Below are positions 1 to 7,728 of a stretch of 64,000 nt of DNA, in pieces. Positions within the stretch are counted from its first letter, which is position 1; the number at the start of each line of letters is the position of its first letter. The position numbers and the translations under genes were made by a program. The notes beneath the pieces were generated by a model that ran no database searches, was not told where the DNA came from, and was given only the letters and a program-made list of their open reading frames with translations. The stretch is taken from the sequence record PQ287644.1; one strand, given 5' to 3'.

Positions 1-1980
1 CATGTTCAACCCAGCACCGGGAGCGCCATCACTTCCTGGCATGGAGACCGGACCCACGTTATCCCAACGAGTTCCAGTATTCACCCAGAGGTCTTTATTC
101 AGGTCAACGTAGGCTTTACCTTGAGTTTCCTCGTTAATCGGAGGAGGATCGGCATCCGCAGGTGTCAGGACTTTAATGATGTCCAAGGACTTACCATTCA
201 GGCCATCCTTACCGTTCTCACCATCCTTCCCTTTAAAGACACCCAGATTCGCCCACGCATTCGAAATGAATCCATAGATCGCGTTTTCATCACGAACCGC
301 ATAGACCCATTGATCTTCAGGATTCGCAGGAAGATCCGCTACTGTGTCAACCACACCCCGAAGAACAATGTTGGTGCCGTTACGTCCATGGAGGCTGGCT
401 AGGAACTCCTCTTCACTGCCGGTGTTCCCTTTGGAAATCCAGAGTTCGTACGTGGACTGACCGTTGATACCGTCTTCCCCTTTAAAGGGGCCCAGGTCCA
501 ACCAGGTCGAACTCGCCGCACTCCATACGTACAACCGAAGGGTGTCTCGTGTCACATACCCATCTTGGTTAGCCGGAGGGTTGGGTAAGTTGTCCAGATC
601 AGCACGGGTCCCTACAGTCCCCAAGACATTCAGGTTCTCACCGGGTTCGCCTTTCATGGCCGCCCAGTAATCATCTTCCGTCTTACCTTGGTTCTCGGGT
701 TTATTCAACCAGACCTGAACACTGTTCAGGCCACCCGGTCCTACATCACCCTTATCCCCTTTAAACCCCCCCAGCTTCCGCCATGCGCTGTTCAGGTAGA
801 TGTACAGGGTATTCTCATCCTGAACCGAATAAACATCCTGTTCTACACCGGGGTTGGGGAGGTCATCTATGGTCGCTACGGTGTCTTTAACGATCAAGTT
901 ACGACCGTCAACACCGTTCTTACCATCCTCTCCTTTGAATTGACCCAGAATTACCCAGTTATTCTCAATCCACATACGGACCGTGTTGTCCGCGCGAACC
1001 GACCAGACATCCTGTTCGACCGCGTTACTCGGGAGTTCACTGGCCAGGTCTACCGCCCCTTTCACCACGATACTCTTACCGTCAGTACCGTCCTTGCCGT
1101 CTTTACCCTTATACTGACCGACATCAACCCAATCTGTACGGTCTGCAATGTAGATCCACAGGTGGCCCGTATCCAACGTCACCCAACCATGTTGATCAAC
1201 CGGGTCTTTAGCATTCAGCGCATTACGGTCAGCCACAGTTCCCTGTACCTGAAGGTTAGCCCCGCGTTCACCCCGAATGGCTTCCTGCCACTGTGTAATG
1301 GTTTTGTTCTCGTTACCGGGAATCTTCTTCCAGGTTTCGAACGCATCATCTCCCTGAGGGCCTTTATCGCCCCGTTGGGAATCCAGGAACTCCTGAAGAG
1401 TCTTTTCTTCATTCCCAGGAATCTCTTTCCACAGCTCGAAGGTACTCTTGCCGTCAGGACCTCGAATATTCAAACTTTCCCAGACAAACTCACCCGCTGT
1501 TTTACCCGGAACCAGAACATGGATATCATTCCGCCACAGGTAGGCATCCCCGGGTTTATTTCCTTCAGGCAGAGGGAGATCGAGGTTGTCGGGCCAAACA
1601 CCCAACAGGTTAATCCCCCGTTCCCCTTGCAAGGAACCCGAAGACGCCCATTCGGTGCCGTTCCATACCCGTAGGGCAAAGTTAACGAAGTAGGCCGTAC
1701 CGATCGGAAGCCCTTGGGTATCAATAGCCTCCAGTTCAGCTTCCGAATTGAGTTTGCCTTTAAGAACAACCCCTTGAGTTGAGAGGGATTCTAGATTCTC
1801 CTTCAGCCAGCGAGTCCGCGCATCCAGCACACGCGCTTGGAAGTTAGCCGCTCCCTCGCCATTGTCTCCCCCGCGAACCCGTACATCAGTCACCATAGCC
1901 GGGAGGTGTTCTTCCCATCGAGACTCCTCGACAATTGCCGGTAGTTCACCCGGCGTTACTGTTTCATCACCAATAGCCAT
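1..1980 (-). CDS. Tail fibre-like repeat protein, partial (runs off the left edge; absent from the ORF track)
   Basis: Manual translation from ATG 1980 (SD AGAGGA) gives MAIGDETVTPGELP...GAANFQARVLDARTRWLKE and stays open for 660 codons. It repeats V.G.V....LP.....QD.Y.V.....W...G.FKG modules linked by short G-X-X-G-X-X-G stretches. Confidence 0.85.
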   Translation of the reverse strand, partial: MAIGDETVTPGELPAIVEESRWEEHLPAMVTDVRVRGGDNGEGAANFQARVLDARTRWLKENLESLSTQGVVLKGKLNSEAELEAIDTQGLPIGTAYFVNFALRVWNGTEWASSGSLQGERGINLLGVWPDNLDLPLPEGNKPGDAYLWRNDIHVLVPGKTAGEFVWESLNIRGPDGKSTFELWKEIPGNEEKTLQEFLDSQRGDKGPQGDDAFETWKKIPGNENKTITQWQEAIRGERGANLQVQGTVADRNALNAKDPVDQHGWVTLDTGHLWIYIADRTDWVDVGQYKGKDGKDGTDGKSIVVKGAVDLASELPSNAVEQDVWSVRADNTVRMWIENNWVILGQFKGEDGKNGVDGRNLIVKDTVATIDDLPNPGVEQDVYSVQDENTLYIYLNSAWRKLGGFKGDKGDVGPGGLNSVQVWLNKPENQGKTEDDYWAAMKGEPGENLNVLGTVGTRADLDNLPNPPANQDGYVTRDTLRLYVWSAASSTWLDLGPFKGEDGINGQSTYELWISKGNTGSEEEFLASLHGRNGTNIVLRGVVDTVADLPANPEDQWVYAVRDENAIYGFISNAWANLGVFKGKDGENGKDGLNGKSLDIIKVLTPADADPPPINEETQGKAYVDLNKDLWVNTGTRWDNVGPVSMPGSDGAPGAGLNM

Positions 1981-1997
1981 TTAAGAAATTCCTCTGA

Positions 1998-3440
1998 TTA
2001 AGGGGTAAAGACAAGATGGGTGTTCAATTGACCCACCCGCACGGTGGTCGTTTGAGCGACCCCTTTCTTCAACACAATCATGACCCGGAGTTTCAAGGCC
2101 TTAGGGGCTCTGGCCAATTCAAGGATTTGGGTATCGAAGATCCCCGAGAGATCCCCTTGACGCAGGGGGTAATTCAGTTCAACGTTCTGACCCGAGCGTA
2201 CAGTTTGGACTTGATCGTCCTGGTAGGTTACTTCCAGTTCCAGTCCTACTTGCAAGACCGCTTCCGCATCGGTTTGAATCGCCCAACGACCCTGAGCTAC
2301 CAATTTCATCCCTACGGTCAGGTTTGTAATAGGGAGATCCTGTTCCATTCCCAAGGTCGGTTGATTACCGGTAGGCGTGCCCGTAAAGGACATCACCTGG
2401 TATTCGCCCCCTGAAGGGTTGGCTTCCTTGGTAATAGCGACGGTCAAACCGGTCAGTTGATTACCTCCAATACCGGTATTTGAGGCGATCTCTACTGTGG
2501 TAATGGTAGCGCCTCCCGAATTTCCAGCACTACCATCATTACCAGTCAGCAAAGGGTTAGGGTTAATGCTCCCGAAGAAGTGAGCGGTCTCCGGAGGTGT
2601 CGTGCTGAACGGAATGTAACTGGTCGGTAAGGTAATGGTATTCTTGAACAGCTTGCTCACCACAGCGGCAACATGGTTACCGATGATCTCGGCTCCTTTG
2701 GGACTTGGGTGTACACCGTCCCCCAACATGCCTGCCAGCGGCTTATTGACATTACCCGGCTCTACCATGTCATCCCAGGGGTTAACCACGATAACACCCC
2801 GTTTAGGCAGCTCAGAGAGCATCCACTGGTGCACTTGGTAATGAATAGCCAATTGTTCATCACTGATCCCAATAGCGGCTTGTTCTACCGGGGTTTCAGC
2901 GATCGCAATGACGGTCTTACCATTGGCCAGCAATGTGGTGTAAATCTCGGAGAGGTTATTGATCGTTTCATTGAACGTCTGGTTACGCAGACGGTCATTC
3001 CCCGAACCTAAATGGATAATCACGTCGAACTTATCCAGGGAAGCCAGGAGTTGAGGAAGGCGTTGGGCCTGCTGGGAAGTAGTATTTCCGTCGACACCGG
3101 CGTTCATGGCATCCGGGAAGGCTACGACTCCCTCGGTCTTCGCGCTGGTCCAGAAGGCCAGACCAACGTTACCTTTCACACACTGGTAAGCACGACTGTC
3201 ACCGTACACCACGATATTGCGGTTAAACGGCAGTCGGTCATTACTTACCGCATTGACTTTGGTGGTCAGGGTATTCACTTCTCCTAACAAATAACGGGTG
3301 CGGGCATCCAGCACGCGCGCTTGCTTGTTCGCGTTGCCGGTGCCTTCTTCGGTGGCTTCAACCTTGTCATCCGGCATCAGAGCCAGTAAAGGTTCAACCC
3401 ATTCCGGTTGTTCATTAATCACTACGGGATTGTCAGCCAT
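1998..3440 (-). CDS. Tail-associated SGNH/GDSL esterase with tail-fibre N-terminal anchor
   Basis: SGNH blocks VYGDS, NAGVDGNT, LGSGND and DGVHP; N-terminal NANKQARVLDARTRYL shared with the neighbouring fibre gene. Confidence 0.8.
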   Translation of the reverse strand: MADNPVVINEQPEWVEPLLALMPDDKVEATEEGTGNANKQARVLDARTRYLLGEVNTLTTKVNAVSNDRLPFNRNIVVYGDSRAYQCVKGNVGLAFWTSAKTEGVVAFPDAMNAGVDGNTTSQQAQRLPQLLASLDKFDVIIHLGSGNDRLRNQTFNETINNLSEIYTTLLANGKTVIAIAETPVEQAAIGISDEQLAIHYQVHQWMLSELPKRGVIVVNPWDDMVEPGNVNKPLAGMLGDGVHPSPKGAEIIGNHVAAVVSKLFKNTITLPTSYIPFSTTPPETAHFFGSINPNPLLTGNDGSAGNSGGATITTVEIASNTGIGGNQLTGLTVAITKEANPSGGEYQVMSFTGTPTGNQPTLGMEQDLPITNLTVGMKLVAQGRWAIQTDAEAVLQVGLELEVTYQDDQVQTVRSGQNVELNYPLRQGDLSGIFDTQILELARAPKALKLRVMIVLKKGVAQTTTVRVGQLNTHLVFTP

Positions 3441-3455
3441 GAGAATAGGCCCTGT

Positions 3456-4049
3456 TTAATACGTGAGGGTGCCGTCGTAACGGAATTGTCCGTTAAAACG
3501 AGGAATGGCGTCGTATTGGCTTTCTACGACAGCCAGGGTACCAGTAACGGTGTTGGAATCAATGGTGGCTTGAGTGAACTCCCCGTCGAGGGTAATTTCA
3601 TCATCCGTCAAGTCGTAGTAGCATTTGGCTTTGATCAGCGCTTTAATGTGTTCAGGGTTACGACTCCCTTTGAACACCAATACCGCACCTTCAATGATAT
3701 CTTCGTCTCGTTTGACTTGGTAAATACCTTCCACCCCCTGGGTTTGTAAAGTGTCCCAATCAACCGGATCGGGAGTTTCCAGCATGGAGACCTTATTCTT
3801 CACATAATCCGCTGGGAGGTACCGTTGGTTCTTACCGGTCAGTTTACCTTCGGAATCGATATTGACCACCCGAGCAAATTCACCGCCTTCTACCTCAACT
3901 TTCCTGAGGTCAGAGAGGGTAGTGTTGTCCAGGGTGAGTTGCTCTAATACGCTAACAATGTTCGGTTCATCGGAATAACGTTCTTTATTAAAAGCGATGA
4001 ACCGTTCCAGAAACAGTAGATCGTTTGGAAAGGCCATGGGCGTGTCCAC
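3456..4049 (-). CDS. Hypothetical protein, probably virion/tail-associated
   Basis: 197-aa ORF co-oriented and tightly packed with the fibre genes (start at 4049 or 4037). Confidence 0.65.
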   Translation of the reverse strand: MDTPMAFPNDLLFLERFIAFNKERYSDEPNIVSVLEQLTLDNTTLSDLRKVEVEGGEFARVVNIDSEGKLTGKNQRYLPADYVKNKVSMLETPDPVDWDTLQTQGVEGIYQVKRDEDIIEGAVLVFKGSRNPEHIKALIKAKCYYDLTDDEITLDGEFTQATIDSNTVTGTLAVVESQYDAIPRFNGQFRYDGTLTY

Positions 4050-4136
4050 AGAAGTAGATAGAGGGTTCGGTCATTAGACCATAAAATTGGTAAATAAAAT
4101 AGTACCCAAACCCATATTCTTCACTTACCTGGTTAT

Positions 4137-4176
4137 TTAACTTGAGGTTCTTTTCAAACCTACATCATTAGGGTGA
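4137..4176 (+). promoter_or_regulatory. Candidate early (virion RNAP) promoter, variant copy
   Basis: TTAAC at 4137, then AAACCTACATCATTAGGGTGA at 4156 (16/21 match to the copy at 52950). Confidence 0.55.
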
Positions 4177-4217
4177 AGCACAGACAGAGACCGTTTAACG
4201 GTCAAGGAGACTTGTCA

Positions 4218-4376
4218 ATGAATACCCTTCAGGCTAAAGTTGAAAGCCTGCGTCAAAAAGCTCGTCGTTATGCCCGTCAGGCGATGTGTTCCCTAGAACC
4301 GTCTTACCGGCAACATTACCGCCAACTGAGCTACGAAGCCAGCCGTATGGCGGATCGCCTTCAACGCCAACTGTGA
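4218..4376 (+). CDS. Small basic early protein (52 aa)
   Basis: SD AAGGAG upstream of ATG 4218; MNTLQAKVESLRQKARRYARQ. Confidence 0.65.
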   Translation: MNTLQAKVESLRQKARRYARQAMCSLEPSYRQHYRQLSYEASRMADRLQRQL

Positions 4377-4414
4377 TTGGTGTTTACCCCCCTTCCCCCA
4401 CACACAGGTGTGAG

Positions 4415-4645
4415 ATGAGCAACGTTATCGATATGTTCAGCTGGCGGGACTCGAAGAATAAGCGTTCGAGTCAGTTCTCAGTGCTTCATCGTGAGATCGA
4501 AGCACTGTACGTCATTCAGAACCGCGCGCTTCAGGAGATCGCTTCAGCGGATACGGTCTTGGCGTATGAACAAGCTAAACTCTTCCTGATGGATGTCAGG
4601 ATTGAAATCTACACCAAAACCATTGCGTTGAGTCAGTGTATCTAA
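4415..4645 (+). CDS. Small early hypothetical protein (76 aa)
   Basis: ATG 4415 with upstream AGGTG; MSNVIDMFSWRDSK; 3' part of track ORF 4286-4645. Confidence 0.6.
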   Translation: MSNVIDMFSWRDSKNKRSSQFSVLHREIEALYVIQNRALQEIASADTVLAYEQAKLFLMDVRIEIYTKTIALSQCI

Positions 4646-4651
4646 GGACAT

Positions 4652-4690
4652 TTAACGTCCAGTGGTAATCAGGTCTGTATTACTTGGGTG
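4652..4690 (+). promoter_or_regulatory. Early (virion RNAP) promoter
   Basis: TTAAC-N14-AGGTCTGTATTACTTGGGTG; contains the TATTAC core of phiKZ early promoters. Confidence 0.7.
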
Positions 4691-4731
4691 TTTAAGTACG
4701 CAACATTCATTCCTTTTTGGAGGTTTACGCC

Positions 4732-5211
4732 ATGGCTAAACAATCGAACTTCACCATCGCCAACTACAACGCCGTCCTGGAAGCTGTTAAAGCCAACAAC
4801 GGTTATGTGGTCGACGTTCACAACAATCGTCGCACTCCGTACCGTGCGGCTGGCATCGCTGCTCTGGTGAAGGGCGAAAGGGTTACCCCGGTGCTGCTGT
4901 GCCATGGTTCCTACTTCTGCCTGAACTCGCTGCACAAGGAAGCCGATGGTTCGGTGACCCTCTCCAGCTGGTCGGTCGGTGTTACCATCTTCACCCACCA
5001 ACACGGTGGGCTGGAAGAAGCGATCCAAGCCTACAACAAGGAGCAATCCGAGTGGGCGTTGTCGGGTGGTCAACTGATGCATGTACGCATCTTCGACTAC
5101 ACCGACGAAACCGCACCTGTGTTCGGCGAGCCAGTTGATCTGGCAGGCGAAGTCGTGGGTGCGCTGGCAGCACAAGAGCCGATCGCCAAGGTCGACATCC
5201 CTGCTCAATAA
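4732..5211 (+). CDS. Early hypothetical protein (159 aa)
   Basis: SD GGAGG before ATG 4732; strong C-ending codon bias. Confidence 0.8.
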   Translation: MAKQSNFTIANYNAVLEAVKANNGYVVDVHNNRRTPYRAAGIAALVKGERVTPVLLCHGSYFCLNSLHKEADGSVTLSSWSVGVTIFTHQHGGLEEAIQAYNKEQSEWALSGGQLMHVRIFDYTDETAPVFGEPVDLAGEVVGALAAQEPIAKVDIPAQ

Positions 5212-5256
5212 CGAGCAGTTTTCTGTACGTAATCTGACTTCATTAGGAGCAATGCC

Positions 5257-5664
5257 ATGAGTAATGTAATGCACGTTAGCACCATCGCCGGTCGTACCGC
5301 CCTGACGGTGATCACACCCGACGACCTGCCGGTTACCAACTGGATGGAAAATGTGCTTGCTGCACAGATCCAGAAAGTGGTTGACGAAGGTAAGGGTTGG
5401 CCCAACGACGCCGAGTTCAAGGTGGAGGTTACCTACCACACTTGGCCACAGGGTTGGGACCGGGAAGTGTACACGCACTTCTTTACCAACCGCGCCGAGC
5501 TGGACTCCTACATCAAGGACCAGCACGAGTGGGCCCGTTGTGAGGACAACATGGTGAAGATCAAGATCTACAACTGGGACCTCGGTCCGAACTTCATGGA
5601 AACTCGTGAGTTCGGTGGTCCTGAGTTGTGGAACAGCCCTCTGAGCCGTCCTTACTTGACGTAA
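5257..5664 (+). CDS. Early hypothetical protein (135 aa)
   Basis: SD AGGAG; same codon bias; followed by a terminator. Confidence 0.8.
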   Translation: MSNVMHVSTIAGRTALTVITPDDLPVTNWMENVLAAQIQKVVDEGKGWPNDAEFKVEVTYHTWPQGWDREVYTHFFTNRAELDSYIKDQHEWARCEDNMVKIKIYNWDLGPNFMETREFGGPELWNSPLSRPYLT

Positions 5665-5672
5665 GGCTAGCG

Positions 5673-5716
5673 CTACCTCCCTGCCACTGGCAGGGAGGTA
5701 GTACTCCTTTTATTTT
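5673..5716 (+). terminator. Intrinsic terminator
   Basis: 13-bp stem CTACCTCCCTGCC/GGCAGGGAGGTAG followed by a T-rich tract. Confidence 0.75.
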
Positions 5717-5764
5717 TTGCTTCATTTCCATTTTTATAGTTCACTCAACACAACGAGCAAAGTA

Positions 5765-5905
5765 ATGCCTGACACTAACAACGGTCCTGTGGAAATAAAG
5801 ATGGAACGTGTGCAGTTCAAAAGAATAAAAGTAAGGGGTCTTCGTAAATTCTGGTTACTCATCAAACGCTTACTGAGTAAGGACACCGATTATAAGAACA
5901 CTTGA
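5765..5905 (+). CDS. Possible small basic protein (46 aa)
   Basis: Short ORF filling an AT-rich gap; no clear SD. Confidence 0.3.
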   Translation: MPDTNNGPVEIKMERVQFKRIKVRGLRKFWLLIKRLLSKDTDYKNT

Positions 5906-5940
5906 CGAACGCATGGCTAAGTCAATGGAACTAAGGGTAA

Positions 5941-5980
5941 TTAACTTCTAGTTGTAATCAGGTCTATATTACCTTTGTGT
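5941..5980 (+). promoter_or_regulatory. Early (virion RNAP) promoter
   Basis: TTAAC-N14-AGGTCTATATTACCTTTGTG. Confidence 0.7.
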
Positions 5981-6040
5981 ATATTAAGGCGTGGTTGCCT
6001 TCCTATTTTTAAGACCGAATAAACACAAAGGATGTTATCT

Positions 6041-6388
6041 ATGAGTCAAGTCAAGAAAGCGATGAAAGGTGTTCTGAAAGGTAACAGTCGAACGGCCGAT
6101 AAGTTTGTATTACGGATGCCAGTTGGGCTACGTGATAAGGTTGGCGAACAGGCAACGGCGAATGGGCGGAGTATGAATGCTGAATTCATCATGCTCATAC
6201 AGGCTGCGATAGGCAGTGGGAACACAGGTGGAACCCAAATAAGGACTATTCCATCGGTAGGTGGGCCTGTTCGGGTTGAAGGACTTCCAGGCGTGGTAAC
6301 TGAATTGATACCGACACCGACTGGATTTAAGATCCGGGCAAAAACCTGTGAGGGAGAGGATATTTATTCGTTATGGGAGATTGTTTGA
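6041..6388 (+). CDS. AmrZ/Arc-like ribbon-helix-helix DNA-binding protein with a distinct beta-rich C-terminal domain
   Basis: [34 protein letters not shown] aligns with P. aeruginosa AmrZ [34 protein letters not shown] (recalled). ATG 6041 fits SD spacing better than 6032. Confidence 0.85.
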   Translation: [115 protein letters not shown]

Positions 6389-6389
6389 T

Positions 6390-6590
6390 ATGACTCGTTT
6401 CGAGAACTCGGATAAGGAAAAGAAACCCAGTGTTCCTTTGCAGAACAAAATCGGGTTTGCGGGGATAGGGTCCGACGATGAGCCCATGCTGTGGACACTC
6501 ACCCTCCCGGGTGAAAACTCGGTGGGTTACGCAGAACCCTTTCGACCTGAGAAAGAAGACCTGATCCCCCAACCGGTCTCTTTCGATTAA
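6390..6590 (+). CDS. Small hypothetical protein (66 aa)
   Basis: ATG directly after the stop of the RHH gene; SD GGGAG. Confidence 0.55.
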   Translation: MTRFENSDKEKKPSVPLQNKIGFAGIGSDDEPMLWTLTLPGENSVGYAEPFRPEKEDLIPQPVSFD

Positions 6591-6602
6591 AAATGTTGTA
6601 TG

Positions 6603-6657
6603 CCCCTACCCAGCCGAAAAGGGCTGGGTAGGGGGTTAATCTCTTTATTTTTTTTTT
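6603..6657. terminator. Bidirectional terminator between convergent genes
   Basis: 13-bp stem CCCCTACCCAGCC/GGCTGGGTAGGGG plus a T run. Confidence 0.75.
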
Positions 6658-7711
6658 ACTTCACTTTGGTAACACACGACGATCTGACCAGTTCGGTGAT
6701 GCCGATCATCGTAGCTGCCACCGTCTCGGTGATCTTATCCACCTCGACCACCCCACTCAGCAGTCCTTTCAGCTCATCGAGTCGCTTATTGAGGGCTTCC
6801 TTATCGGTGTCGTTACTGTAGTGGTTAATTTGACCTTCCACCTTGGCAATCTTGCTCTCCAGTACTCGGCGGGTCTCAAAGATGCTCACCCAACTGTTGG
6901 ACATTGCTTCTTCACAACGACCGATTTTTCGGACAAATTCCTTAGCGGAATTGAGGTCTTTGATCGTTGTCACTTTAGGCAAGCCGATAAGTCCATTCAC
7001 GTATTGCTGGATACCAATAACCATGCCATCCGCTACGCCAGAATCCTCACCTTCATCCGCCAGTTTCTGGTACTTCGCTTTACGCTCATTCAAACGAGCC
7101 ACCGCGGCTTCCAGTTTGGTGACCTGATTGCGCATTAGACTGCTGTAAATGATTCTGGACTCGAAGACTTCCTCGATCACCTTCTTGGCCTGTTCGGGTT
7201 GGTGTTCCACCGGAAGGGCTTTAATGTCGTCAAGTTTCTTAACCACGGTCTCCTTAGCACTTTGGTCCTCGATCTTGTTGGCGATCTGAGTGGCTTCTTG
7301 GAGAACAGGTCCCACGTTGGTGGTTGTCACCTTAGGACTCGCTACGGCGTCTATCGCCTTTTCAGCGGCCTTAGCGGATTCATCTACCTTATCCAGTTTG
7401 TCTTTAACGTTCTTCTTGAAGAGCCCACCGAAGATCGACTTGAACAGGTTCTTGATGTATTCCCAGGCTTTCTTAATCCCTTCGCCAATCGACGACAGGA
7501 AACCCTCATTCCCCGCCACTTCATTACGGGTCAGGTAACCCGCGGTATGGAGAACGGACTGAAGGTAACGCTGATTCGCGGTCAGGTCCATTCCTTCAGT
7601 TCCCATGACCGTATCCGAGAGACCATCGAGCACTTGCTCGATATGTTCCATTTCTGGAACACCGTCCATCGGTTCGTCTTCGTATTCAACCGTGTTGGCT
7701 TGCTGTTCCAT
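6656..7711 (-). CDS. Internal head protein, likely protease-processed
   Basis: Acidic propeptide, then AGNE|GFLSSIG, fitting the S/A/G-X-E cleavage consensus of the phiKZ gp175 protease; coiled-coil body. Confidence 0.7.
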   Translation of the reverse strand: MEQQANTVEYEDEPMDGVPEMEHIEQVLDGLSDTVMGTEGMDLTANQRYLQSVLHTAGYLTRNEVAGNEGFLSSIGEGIKKAWEYIKNLFKSIFGGLFKKNVKDKLDKVDESAKAAEKAIDAVASPKVTTTNVGPVLQEATQIANKIEDQSAKETVVKKLDDIKALPVEHQPEQAKKVIEEVFESRIIYSSLMRNQVTKLEAAVARLNERKAKYQKLADEGEDSGVADGMVIGIQQYVNGLIGLPKVTTIKDLNSAKEFVRKIGRCEEAMSNSWVSIFETRRVLESKIAKVEGQINHYSNDTDKEALNKRLDELKGLLSGVVEVDKITETVAATMIGITELVRSSCVTKVK

Positions 7712-7728
7712 TATTTGCTCCTTAAGGG

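Noticed and set aside
688-1674. 328-aa plus-strand ORF, and similar long antisense ORFs such as 43666-45405 and 57032-58414
   Set aside because: They are shadows of real opposite-strand genes, with no SD or recognisable motifs.
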